Positions 10,666 to 19,691 of a stretch of 64,000 bases of DNA are shown here, piece after piece. The notes beneath the pieces are model-generated. The model had not been told where the DNA came from, did no database searches, and was given only the letters and a program-made list of their open reading frames with translations. Both the position numbers and the translations under genes were made by a program. Within the stretch, counting starts at the first letter, position 1, and the number at the start of each line of letters is the position of its first letter. This stretch comes from Acidobacteriota bacterium (GTDB lineage: Bacteria; Acidobacteriota; UBA6911; RPQK01; JAJDTT01): NCBI GenBank assembly GCA_965209055.1, contig OZ242374.1, positions 4,288,001-4,352,000 on the forward strand. Direction: 5' to 3'.

Positions 10666-11883
10666 TTGGCCTCGCCGCCGCGAATCACCTGGCGGACCTG
10701 CTCCTTGCTTCTGTTGGCAACGATCTGGGCCACCTTCGCATTGATCCGTGGCCAGGGAGAGATCCGCAAACTGATCGAAACCGGCCGGCTCCTGGAAGCC
10801 CGGGAACTGGTCCGGCAGAAACTGGCGGAAGATCCGTCCAGCTCTGCGTGGCTGTACTGGAAAGCGGCCATCGCCTTCGCCTCGGGAGACCTGGCCGATG
10901 CGGAGAGGACGCTGCAACAGGTGGTCGGGAGCCAAGCCGCGTCGGGACCACACCTGTTGTTGCTGGGAGAGATCCATGACCGGAAGCAGCAGTGGAGGGA
11001 AGCCGCCGGAGCGTACCGGCGCGCGCTGGCGTTTCCTCACGGCTCCGACCTTCTGATCCGATTGGCGCGAGCCGAGTACCGCGCCGGAAATCCGCAGGCT
11101 GTCATCGAGACGCTCCAACCCCTGGCAGGGTCACCCGAGGCCACCGGGGAAGCGTTTTTTCTGCTGGCGCTCTCCCAAGGCCGTCAGGGAGACCTGGAAC
11201 AGTCCGTCGCCCACCTGTCGAAGGCGGTCGAAAAGCAGCCGGACGTCGCCACCTATCGTTTCCAATTTGCCCTCGCCCTGGGCGAGAGCGGCGATCTGGA
11301 GCGCGCGGTGCAGGAACTTCGCAGAACCCTCGTGCTGGAGCCCAATCTGGCCTTGGCCCATTTCTACCTGGGGCAGATCCTGCACAACATGAACCTCCGC
11401 GACGACGCCTTGGCGGCGCTGCAGCGGGCGGACCGGCTGCAACCCGGGATTCCCAATCTGGCCTTCAGCCTCGGACTCCTCTACAAGCTGCAAGGGGACT
11501 ATGACCAGGCGATCATGAAGCTCGAGTCGGAGATCGCCTCCGGCAGCGACCATCCGGCGGCGCATTTCCACCTGGCGGAGATTCTCTTTCGCAGGAACCA
11601 GACTCGCCAGAGCGGGGAATTGATCAAGCGGGCCATCGAGCTCCAACCGGGGACGGCCGACTTTCATCTTCTGGCCACGGAGATCGCCCTCTCGGCCGGC
11701 CGGATGGAAGAAGCCGAAGCACAGGTCGGCGCGGCCGTCGATTCGGATCCCAACTCCGGCCGCGCCCATTACCTCCGGGGCAGGGTCCTGCAGGCCATGG
11801 GACGGGACCAGGAGGCGGGAAGCGCTTTCGAGCTCTCCCGAAAGCTGATGGACGGACGGAGAGAGGGCGCTCCCGCACCATGA
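10666..11883 (+). CDS. Tetratricopeptide-repeat protein, probably exported (start uncertain)
   Basis: N-terminal hydrophobic stretch and many TPR-like helix pairs (e.g. 'AHFYLGQIL', 'AHYLRGRVL'). ATGA overlap with the next gene. Confidence 0.8.
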   Translation: MASPPRITWRTCSLLLLATIWATFALIRGQGEIRKLIETGRLLEARELVRQKLAEDPSSSAWLYWKAAIAFASGDLADAERTLQQVVGSQAASGPHLLLLGEIHDRKQQWREAAGAYRRALAFPHGSDLLIRLARAEYRAGNPQAVIETLQPLAGSPEATGEAFFLLALSQGRQGDLEQSVAHLSKAVEKQPDVATYRFQFALALGESGDLERAVQELRRTLVLEPNLALAHFYLGQILHNMNLRDDALAALQRADRLQPGIPNLAFSLGLLYKLQGDYDQAIMKLESEIASGSDHPAAHFHLAEILFRRNQTRQSGELIKRAIELQPGTADFHLLATEIALSAGRMEEAEAQVGAAVDSDPNSGRAHYLRGRVLQAMGRDQEAGSAFELSRKLMDGRREGAPAP

Positions 11884-13538
11884 GTAAGGCGGTCCTCCTC
11901 CTGGCGCTGTCCGTGGTCCAGGTTTCAGGTGAATCAGGCTCCATCCAGTTCAGGGAAGGTGCGGCCGAGGCGGGGATCGAATTCCGTTTCGTGAGTGGTT
12001 CGGCGGACAAACCGTACATCATCGAGTCGATCAGCGGCGGAGTGGCCCTGTTCGACTACGACAACGACGGGTGGCTCGACATTTACCTCGTCAACGGGAA
12101 TACCGTCGAGGAGTTCCTGGCAGGCAAACGCACGGTCCGGAACGCGCTCTACCGGAACCAGGGAAACGGCACGTTTCGCGACGTCACGCTGCAGGCCGGC
12201 GTCCCCGGCGGCCCGTGGGACATGGGAGCGGTGGCGGCCGACGTGGACAACGACGGATTCCAGGATCTCTTCCTCACCGGGTTCGATCGAAACACCCTGT
12301 TCCGAAACAACGGCGACGGAACCTTCCGCGACATCACGGCCTCGTCGGGTCTGGCCGACAAGCGGTGGGGAGCCGGCGCCGCTTTCGGCGACTACGACGC
12401 GGACGGACTGCTCGACCTGTACGTGGCCCGCTACGTCCAGTTCGATCCACGCCATCCTCCCCCTTCCACACCCAAGTTCTGCAGCTACCGGGGGATCTCG
12501 GTCCAATGCGGACCCCGCGGCATGCCGGGGGCCGAAGACTCGCTCTACAAAAACCTGGGTGGCGGCCGGTTCCGGGACGTGAGCCGGGAGTCCGGCATTT
12601 TGAACGGCTCCACCTACTACGGCCTGGGCTGCATCTGGTTCGACTACGACGAAGACGGCGATCAGGACATCTTCGTGGCCAACGATTCCTGTCCCAACTT
12701 CCTGTTTAGAAATGAGAAAGGCCGCTTCGTCGAGGTGGCGATGGAGACCGGAGTTGCGCTGGGCGAGAACGGAAACGAACAGGACGGCATGGGGATCGCG
12801 GTGGGAGACGTGAACCGGGACGGACGGCTCGACCTGGTGCAGACCAACTTCTCGGAGGACAACAACACGTTGTACCTGAACCGGGGATCCTTCTTCACCG
12901 ACTCCAGCTACCGCTGGGGACTCGGGGAATCCACCTGGCAGTATCTGGGCTGGGGGACCTTCTTCTTCGATGCGGACCTGGACGGATGGCTCGACCTCTT
13001 CATCGCCAACGGGCACGTCTACCCCCAGGTGGACAAGGTTCAGATCGGGACATCTTTCCGGCAACGCGATCTCCTCTTCCGAAACGAAGAGGGGCGCCGG
13101 CTGGTCGAGGTGGGCCGGCAGGCCGGTCTGGTCAAATTGGAAAACACCCGCGGGGCGGCGGTGGGGGATCTGAACAACGACGGCAGACCGGACATGGTCG
13201 TAAATCACATGGACTCGTCCGCCAGCCTGTACTGGAACGAGAGTCCGACAAACGGGCGGCGCTGGATCGGATTCGAACTGGTTGGATCGATCTCCAACCG
13301 CGATGCGGTCGGTGCCCGAGTGACGGTTTCCGCGGGGGGCCTACGGCAAGTGGCCGTCGTGCGGAGCGGCTCCAGCTACCTCTCCCAAAACGATCAACGG
13401 CTGCTCTTTGGAACCGGGAATCAAGAGGTCGAAGAAGTGACGATCCGCTGGCCCAACGGGAGGAAGCAGATTCTGAAGGATTGGAAGCTCGACGCCTACA
13501 ACCTGGTGACGGAACCTCGAGTTCGAATTGGCCTCTGA
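11880..13538 (+). CDS. CRTAC1-family protein (FG-GAP/VCBS repeats plus ASPIC/UnbV domain)
   Basis: Repeated 'DYDNDGWLDIY', 'DVDNDGFQDL' and 'DLNNDGRPD'. C-terminal 'NRDAVGARVTV...GSSYLSQND.RLLFG...IRWPNG'. Confidence 0.9.
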   Translation: MSKAVLLLALSVVQVSGESGSIQFREGAAEAGIEFRFVSGSADKPYIIESISGGVALFDYDNDGWLDIYLVNGNTVEEFLAGKRTVRNALYRNQGNGTFRDVTLQAGVPGGPWDMGAVAADVDNDGFQDLFLTGFDRNTLFRNNGDGTFRDITASSGLADKRWGAGAAFGDYDADGLLDLYVARYVQFDPRHPPPSTPKFCSYRGISVQCGPRGMPGAEDSLYKNLGGGRFRDVSRESGILNGSTYYGLGCIWFDYDEDGDQDIFVANDSCPNFLFRNEKGRFVEVAMETGVALGENGNEQDGMGIAVGDVNRDGRLDLVQTNFSEDNNTLYLNRGSFFTDSSYRWGLGESTWQYLGWGTFFFDADLDGWLDLFIANGHVYPQVDKVQIGTSFRQRDLLFRNEEGRRLVEVGRQAGLVKLENTRGAAVGDLNNDGRPDMVVNHMDSSASLYWNESPTNGRRWIGFELVGSISNRDAVGARVTVSAGGLRQVAVVRSGSSYLSQNDQRLLFGTGNQEVEEVTIRWPNGRKQILKDWKLDAYNLVTEPRVRIGL

Positions 13539-13548
13539 GGATTGAACA

Positions 13549-13794
13549 ATGACGGACCCGCTGATCAACAAAGACACCGACGTCCTTGGCGGAACCCCGG
13601 TATTTTCCGGGACCAGGGTCCCGATACGCATCTTGATAGAGCACCTGGAAGCCGGCGATCGGCTCGACGAGTTCCTGGACAGCTACCCGACGGTGTCACG
13701 AAGCCAAGCGATCAAGGTGCTCCAACGGGCAAAGACGATGCTCACCGGGAATTCGGGTGAAGCTGCTGGTCTCGGACACGCGAACAAGAGTTGA
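13549..13794 (+). CDS. DUF433-family antitoxin
   Basis: 'DVLGGTPVFSGTRVPIRILIEHLEAG...EFLDSYPTVSR' is a typical DUF433 signature. Confidence 0.88.
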   Translation: MTDPLINKDTDVLGGTPVFSGTRVPIRILIEHLEAGDRLDEFLDSYPTVSRSQAIKVLQRAKTMLTGNSGEAAGLGHANKS

Positions 13795-13868
13795 AACCCC
13801 TTGTTCCGGAAGTGGTCGATATCGTCACCGGGGAATTGCAATGGCGCATCTACCGTGTCGTGGCGTAA
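13757..13868 (+). pseudogene. Internally deleted DUF5615 (PIN-like) toxin remnant
   Basis: GTG-AAG-CTG-CTG (MKLL) overlaps the antitoxin end. A different frame then reads ELKPLVPEVVDIVTGELQWRIYRVVA*, resembling DUF5615 C-termini. Total length is only 112 nt. Confidence 0.55.
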
Positions 13869-13883
13869 CAGTCCATGCAGCGG

Positions 13884-14141
13884 TCACCGCTTTCCCGGAT
13901 GTCCGTAGATCATAGCGCGCAATTCCTGCCACGAGTACGCCTCAAGCGGGTCGGTACCGGACGGATTCCCCGCACTCACTTCGGTGAGCCGGTAACGAAT
14001 ACGGGGAACGGGAGTGTCCAGAACTTGACGAAGTCCTTCTTCGATCAGCGCGCTCAATGAGCGGCCCGATTTCCTGGCTTGGCGGTTCGCCCGCGCCAGC
14101 AAGCGGTCGGAGATCTCTACGGTCGTCTTCACATTGCCCAT
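13884..14141 (-). CDS. VapB-like ribbon-helix-helix antitoxin (DUF2191-like), orphan
   Basis: 'KTTVEISDRLLARA...ARKSGRSLSALIEEGLR' RHH pattern. No toxin ORF downstream. Confidence 0.75.
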   Translation of the reverse strand: MGNVKTTVEISDRLLARANRQARKSGRSLSALIEEGLRQVLDTPVPRIRYRLTEVSAGNPSGTDPLEAYSWQELRAMIYGHPGKR

Positions 14142-14212
14142 TTCAGCTTGTCCTTCTGCTATGTTAACGCCATCGCTCGCTTGCGGTGCGGGTTTGGATT
14201 TGGGGGTCTGGA

Positions 14213-15283
14213 ATGCGAGTCAATATTTTTCTGGTCATCGTATTGATCTCTTCGGTTGTCTGGCTATTTGGCTGCCAAGCTGAGGAACCGGCGCCAGAGT
14301 TGCCCTACTACAGGATTCCGCAAGACATCCAGGCCTTCGTGCCGCAACCGATTCGCGGAGGCGGTGTCCGGCCCAAACTCATGGAACTGTTGGGACTGGA
14401 GAGCCTTCCCACCAGAGTGGAGGTCACTCGCGAAGCGACGGTTTCCGGTGACGACGGCATCGATTCGACCCGCATCAGCTTCCTCAATTCGCTGGGCGAG
14501 ACGGTGCCCGGTCTCTTGATGGTTCCCCGGGGCGCCGCACCCCAGACACTTCCCGGCATCGTCTGCATGCCCGGCACCAGCGGCAGCGTGGACCAGATCA
14601 GCGACGAGCGCCTTTACCGGGAGAGGGATGGTCAGGGGCCGTTGAGGGGTTGGGCCCGGGAGTTGGCCCGACGGGGCTTCGCCACGCTCGCCATCAACTT
14701 GAAGGGAACCGTGATCCGGCGCCGGGTGTTCGAGGACTGGGAAAGAGAGGCCAAGATGCTGATCCCCTATGGCCGGACCCAGATGGGGGTCCTGGTGGAG
14801 GAGGCCCTGAAAGCGGCGCGGGTGCTGGAGGCCGAGCCGGCGGTCGACCCGGCGCGGGTCGGCCTGACGGGATTCTCGCTGGGCAGCTACGCGACCTGGA
14901 TGGCCGCCGCCTGCGATCCCTCGATTCCCGCAGTAGCGGTCCTCTGCGGCGGCCTGGGGACTCTGGCCGCCGTAATCCATGAAGGGGATCCGGACCGGTC
15001 CAGTTCCTACTGCTACATCCCCCACATGCTGCGGTATTTCGACCACCCGGAGATCGTCGCCGCCACCATCGCTCCCCGGCCTCTGATGATGCTGGCGCCC
15101 TTGCGCGACCAGGACATGCCCCGTTCGGGCGTGGACCGGCTCATCGAGGTGGTTCGGCCGGTGTACGAGGAAAAGGGTCTGGCGGAGCGGTTCGTCGTCC
15201 ACCGTCCTGACGACGAGCACAACTTTCGCATCGAGTACTTCGAATGGACGGTGGAGTGGTTCAAGTCTCAGCTCGGAGAGTGA
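14213..15283 (+). CDS. Exported alpha/beta hydrolase (dienelactone hydrolase / acetylesterase-like), possible lipoprotein
   Basis: Signal peptide ending 'LFGC'. Nucleophile elbow 'VDPARVGLTGFSLGSY', 'IAPRPL', and a C-terminal His ('DEHNF'). Confidence 0.8.
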   Translation: MRVNIFLVIVLISSVVWLFGCQAEEPAPELPYYRIPQDIQAFVPQPIRGGGVRPKLMELLGLESLPTRVEVTREATVSGDDGIDSTRISFLNSLGETVPGLLMVPRGAAPQTLPGIVCMPGTSGSVDQISDERLYRERDGQGPLRGWARELARRGFATLAINLKGTVIRRRVFEDWEREAKMLIPYGRTQMGVLVEEALKAARVLEAEPAVDPARVGLTGFSLGSYATWMAAACDPSIPAVAVLCGGLGTLAAVIHEGDPDRSSSYCYIPHMLRYFDHPEIVAATIAPRPLMMLAPLRDQDMPRSGVDRLIEVVRPVYEEKGLAERFVVHRPDDEHNFRIEYFEWTVEWFKSQLGE

Positions 15284-15296
15284 CTCTCCGCGGGGA

Positions 15297-16082
15297 TCAA
15301 TACCACCACCGCTCGTAGGCCAGGAAGCCCCCGTCGACGACGATGGCCGACCCGTTGACGTAGGTGCACTCGTCCGACGCCAGAAAGACCGCCGCCGAGG
15401 CCACCTCTGCCGGCGTGCCCGCCCGGTTCAGCGGCACCGACTTCTCGATTCCGGTTCGTCTGCGCTCCTCCCGGAAGATGGGCCTCGCTCCTTCCGTCTC
15501 CGTCATTCCCGGCGCGATGGCGTTGACGATGATCTTGTGCGATCCCAATTCCACGGCCATGGACCGGGTCAGGCCCATGACGCCGTGCTTGGCCGCGACG
15601 TAGTTGGCGCCCCCCAGGTCGGCGCCGAAGCTGGCAGTGGACGCGATGTTGATGATCCGTCCCCGGATGTTCCGGCGAACCATGTAGCGCGCCACCTTCT
15701 GGCTGCAGATGAAGAGGCTGGTGAGGTTGATGTCGATGACCCGGTTCCAGTTCTCCAGATCGAGATCGAGGCAGTGGGCGAAGAGCTGGGGATGGTGCAC
15801 CGCGGTCACCCCGGCGTTGTTGACCAGGACATCGATTCGGCCGAACTGCTCGTCGCAGGCTTCGACCAGGGTGTTCACCTGTTCCGGAACGGTGACGTCG
15901 GTGGGAATGGAGACCGCCTCTCCCCCTTTAGCCGAGATCTCGCGGCAGGTGCTTTCACCCGCGTCGGGTCGAATCTCGCCGATGGCGACGCTGGCCCCCT
16001 CGGCAGCAAAGCGGAGTGCGATGGCGCGGCCCAATCCAGTGCCGCCGCCGGTGACGATGGCCACCTTTCCCTCGAGTCGCAT
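15297..16082 (-). CDS. SDR-family oxidoreductase
   Basis: 'TGGGTGLG', 'NNAG', catalytic 'YVAAK', 'VNAIAPG', 'VDGG'. AGGAGG RBS before ATG 16082. Confidence 0.92.
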   Translation of the reverse strand: MRLEGKVAIVTGGGTGLGRAIALRFAAEGASVAIGEIRPDAGESTCREISAKGGEAVSIPTDVTVPEQVNTLVEACDEQFGRIDVLVNNAGVTAVHHPQLFAHCLDLDLENWNRVIDINLTSLFICSQKVARYMVRRNIRGRIINIASTASFGADLGGANYVAAKHGVMGLTRSMAVELGSHKIIVNAIAPGMTETEGARPIFREERRRTGIEKSVPLNRAGTPAEVASAAVFLASDECTYVNGSAIVVDGGFLAYERWWY

Positions 16083-16367
16083 CTCTGTCGCCTCCTGAAT
16101 TCTCAAGTCCCCAGGGGGGCGGGTTCGGACGACCGTACTTCCCGGTCCCGCCGGAGGCTCTCCTCAAGCTCAGTTCGGGTTGCAGCGTAGCAGGACAGGG
16201 CCGAAGTCGCTATGAAATCCCATGACCCGCCGTTCAGCCGATTCCTGCCCTGGGAAGGGCTAACCACGCAGGAATAATGGATTCTCAAGGTTCGGCGTTG
16301 AGACCGGTCCTTGCCAGCGGCGGCGGCTGCGGACTACCCTTGACCGCTCATTCGACAGAGTTGGTCC

Positions 16368-17270
16368 ATGCGTTGCCGTCGATTCCTTTTTGTCATGGGT
16401 CTGGGGCTGATTTTGAGGTGCGGTGAAGCGCCGCCACCTGAGACCCCGGAACCCTACGAGTTCACCTACGACTGGTTCACCAGCGCCGTTCCGGTCTGGA
16501 CCCGGGTCTTGGAGCCCTACGCGGGCCGGCCCGACACCCACTACCTGGAAGTGGGGGTCTTCGAGGGCCGATCCGCTGTCTGGATGTTGAATAATATTCT
16601 CACCGATCCAACGTCAACTCTCACTGGAATAGACCTTTTTCCAGGAGACTTGAAGGAACGGTATCTCGCCAACCTCGAACTCTCGGGGGCTGCTCACAAG
16701 GCCATCACCATCACCGGCCGTTCCCAGGTCAAGCTCCGCGGCCTGAAGCCCGATTCCTACGACATCATCTATATCGACGGCGGCCACACGGGGGACATGG
16801 TCCTGGCGGATGCGGTGTTGTCGTGGGACCTGCTGAAGGTCGGGGGCCTCCTGATCTTCGACGACTACCGGTGGAAGATGGAGGAATACCCGGCGGAGGT
16901 CCGGCCCGGTGTGAGCATCCAAGCCTTCATCACCGCCTATCGAAACTATCTGGAACTGGTGCACCTCGACTACCAGGCCATCGTCCGAAAGAAGGAAGGG
17001 CCGGCCCTGGCCGACCCGTACCTGACCGTCCTGGGGGACTATGCGTATGCCTGGGAAACCCGGGAACTTCGGCGTCGCGACGATGGGACGCCGGTTGATC
17101 TCTCCGCTGAGGAGAGGACACTGCTGGAAGATCTGATCCGGTCCCGCCCATTTGGAGAAACGGCCTTCGTGGTTGGTCCGGCTCAGGCCCTGGACAACGA
17201 ACTCAGGGCTCTGGTCCATCGTCTGGACCTGGAGTTGGACCTGAGATGGATGGCGGACGAAAACCCTTGA
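16368..17270 (+). CDS. Class I SAM-dependent methyltransferase (Methyltransf_24-like) with N-terminal signal-like segment
   Basis: 'YLEVGVFEGRS', 'YDIIYIDGGH', 'LLKVGGLLIFDDY'. Confidence 0.85.
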   Translation: MRCRRFLFVMGLGLILRCGEAPPPETPEPYEFTYDWFTSAVPVWTRVLEPYAGRPDTHYLEVGVFEGRSAVWMLNNILTDPTSTLTGIDLFPGDLKERYLANLELSGAAHKAITITGRSQVKLRGLKPDSYDIIYIDGGHTGDMVLADAVLSWDLLKVGGLLIFDDYRWKMEEYPAEVRPGVSIQAFITAYRNYLELVHLDYQAIVRKKEGPALADPYLTVLGDYAYAWETRELRRRDDGTPVDLSAEERTLLEDLIRSRPFGETAFVVGPAQALDNELRALVHRLDLELDLRWMADENP

Positions 17271-17277
17271 CCCACGT

Positions 17278-18420
17278 TCACCGCGGGCGAACAAGGCCAC
17301 GTCCCAATCCCACCAGGAACAGGACTCCGGCCACCAGGCTGATTCCAAGACAGGCATGGAGCATGGCCGGTATCCCGATATTGCCCGCCACCGGTCCCAA
17401 CAGCCATCCCGCCACCGAGTTTCCGAGATCCAGAGCGCTGAAGTAGAGGGCGATGATCCGGGGGCGATTCTCGTGGTTGGTGTGGTCGGAGACGAAGGTG
17501 GTCATGGCCGTCATGTAGGCGCCGAAACCCGCTCCGTAGACGAGTCCCGCGGCACCCAGCCCGGTCATGGATTCGATTCCTCCGATGAGGTAAACACCGG
17601 CGACCAGCAGCAATTGGGCCAGGAACCCGGCCGGTAGCCGCCCCAGGCTGTCGGCGACTCGTCCCGAGACCAGTCGTCCCGAAAGCGCGGCGATAGCAAA
17701 GCAGGTAAAGAAAACGCCCCCGTTGCCACCGAGGGCCTGATTCACTTGGAGCGGCAGAAAGTAGAAGACTCCGCCGTGCACCACGGCGTTCAGAAAGAGC
17801 AGGAGCGTCGCCAGGAGAATGGGACGGCCGATCCTGCGATGGGGGTCCCGTTCCCCCGGCGGTTGAAGATTTTCAGGGTGGACCTCCTCCTTCACTCGCG
17901 AGAGCAACACCAGGCCGATCAACGCCACACCGGCGGTACCGGAAAAAAGGAGGTTCGGTCCGGCCTGCTCCAACAGGAGGACGGCCAACAATGGACCCGC
18001 CGACAGCACCGCCGTGTGGCTCATTCCCAGGTAGGACAGGGATCGGCCCCTCCGGTGCTTGGGGGTCTGATCGATGGCCATGGTGGTGGTGGCCGTGATC
18101 AGCAGGGACGAACCCACGCCTTGGAGCACTCGAAAGATCACGTACGACGAGACGTGGGGCACCCACCAGTAGAGAAGAACGGATCCGCCAATGAGCACCG
18201 CACCGTAGGTGGCGACCCGTTTGCGGGAACGGCTTCCCAGAAGCCACGTCGCCAACGGACGTCCCGCCAGGACGCCGGCGGCGTAGCTTCCCATCACGAA
18301 CCCGATCCGGCTCACCTCCACGTTCCGGCCGGCCAGGACCAAAGGGAGCCCGATCAGCAGCAGGGCGTAACAGCCGGAGAAACAGACACGGGCGGTCAAA
18401 AGACGGCCGAACGAACTCAT
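17278..18420 (-). CDS. MFS transporter
   Basis: About 12 TM segments. 'FRVLQGVG', 'PKHRRGRS', motif A-like 'GRVADSLGR'. RBS before ATG 18420. Confidence 0.88.
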   Translation of the reverse strand: MSSFGRLLTARVCFSGCYALLLIGLPLVLAGRNVEVSRIGFVMGSYAAGVLAGRPLATWLLGSRSRKRVATYGAVLIGGSVLLYWWVPHVSSYVIFRVLQGVGSSLLITATTTMAIDQTPKHRRGRSLSYLGMSHTAVLSAGPLLAVLLLEQAGPNLLFSGTAGVALIGLVLLSRVKEEVHPENLQPPGERDPHRRIGRPILLATLLLFLNAVVHGGVFYFLPLQVNQALGGNGGVFFTCFAIAALSGRLVSGRVADSLGRLPAGFLAQLLLVAGVYLIGGIESMTGLGAAGLVYGAGFGAYMTAMTTFVSDHTNHENRPRIIALYFSALDLGNSVAGWLLGPVAGNIGIPAMLHACLGISLVAGVLFLVGLGRGLVRPR

Positions 18421-18473
18421 TGATCCCTTCTTACGGTCGCAGTGGCTGTCGCCCGGCACGTGGGCTGCCTGTT

Positions 18474-19691
18474 TCAACAGGCAAGCCGGATTCCGAAACA
18501 GGTGAGCAGGGGAGAGAGGACGGTATGAATCTCGAACGCCTTTCCCGCGGCACGGTTCTGGGAGGAGATCCTCCGGTAGCGGGCTTCATCCCGAAACAAG
18601 TCCCGGATAGCTTCCGACCAGCACTCGTGGCCGGCCAGGGATTCGCACCAGAGCCGGTTTTCCTCTCCGACCGCTTCGCGAATGCCCCCCGAGCGGGGTC
18701 CGCCCCGGTACAGCACCGGCGTGCCTCTGGAGGCGAAGGTGACGGAGGAGCTACTGATGGCCTCGGTGAAGTTGTCCTCCTCTTCCAGTCCCGAGCCCAT
18801 GAGCATGAGGTCGGTCCGGCTGGAGAGGGCCAGGACTTCGGGAAAGGAGAGAGGACCGGCCCAGGCACGGCCTGCCGAGATCCAATGAGCCAGGACCTGG
18901 CCGACCCGGTCCCGTTCGGAACCCGACCCCGCCATGACCGCGCGGACCAACGGTTCCCGTTTCAACAGTGCGTCCAGGACGTGGGCGACCTTGAGAGCCC
19001 CTTTCTCCACCGCCATTCGCCCGGCGAACGCCACCAGCCGCCCTCGGTTCGGGCGATTCCCGGGAAACATTTTCTCCTCCAGACTCCGGGCCTCCGACTC
19101 GAGAGTCTCACTGGAGAAAGGATGAAAGGTCACGGGCGCCACCACCCCATTCACCGGCAGATCGATTTTCCGCGCCAGATCTTTCAGCCAACTGGAAACG
19201 GTGAAGATGCCGTCGCATCGTTCCAGCGCCCGGCGGTATCGACGTCCCGACCAGGTTTCTCCCCAAGGCCTGGCCAACTGCAGCGTATCGGTTCCCCGCA
19301 GCAGGCTCACCACCGGAATCGATGGCTTCCGGCAGACATTGAGGACATCGGCCAGATAGCTCAGAGGGGAGACGGCGAGAACTCCACGAACCCCGTTTGG
19401 GTACTCCCGAAGGATGCCGTCGATGGAGTCGGCCACCACGCAGGAGCTCAAGCTGTGGGGCACTTTGGCCATTGGCTCGTATTGAACCTCGATGCGCCGG
19501 TAGCGGCGGGCCGCCACGGGAGGGGTGATCCGAACGCTGTGCCGGGAACCCTCCCGGGAGGAATGGGTGACGTGGACTACGGGAATTCCGGCGTTTCCCG
19601 CCAGGAATTCCGACAGTTGCCACGAGAAAATGCTGTGTCCCGACAGATAGGAATCGGGATTGCGGGAGATGATGACCAGCGGTTTGCTCAT
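18474..19691 (-). CDS. Divergent glycosyltransferase, GT4-like (GT-B fold)
   Basis: 'LRGTDT', 'IFTVSSWL', 'FAGRMAVEKG', and a degenerate nucleotide-sugar loop 'TEAISSSSVTFASRGTPV'. Confidence 0.7.
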   Translation of the reverse strand: MSKPLVIISRNPDSYLSGHSIFSWQLSEFLAGNAGIPVVHVTHSSREGSRHSVRITPPVAARRYRRIEVQYEPMAKVPHSLSSCVVADSIDGILREYPNGVRGVLAVSPLSYLADVLNVCRKPSIPVVSLLRGTDTLQLARPWGETWSGRRYRRALERCDGIFTVSSWLKDLARKIDLPVNGVVAPVTFHPFSSETLESEARSLEEKMFPGNRPNRGRLVAFAGRMAVEKGALKVAHVLDALLKREPLVRAVMAGSGSERDRVGQVLAHWISAGRAWAGPLSFPEVLALSSRTDLMLMGSGLEEEDNFTEAISSSSVTFASRGTPVLYRGGPRSGGIREAVGEENRLWCESLAGHECWSEAIRDLFRDEARYRRISSQNRAAGKAFEIHTVLSPLLTCFGIRLAC

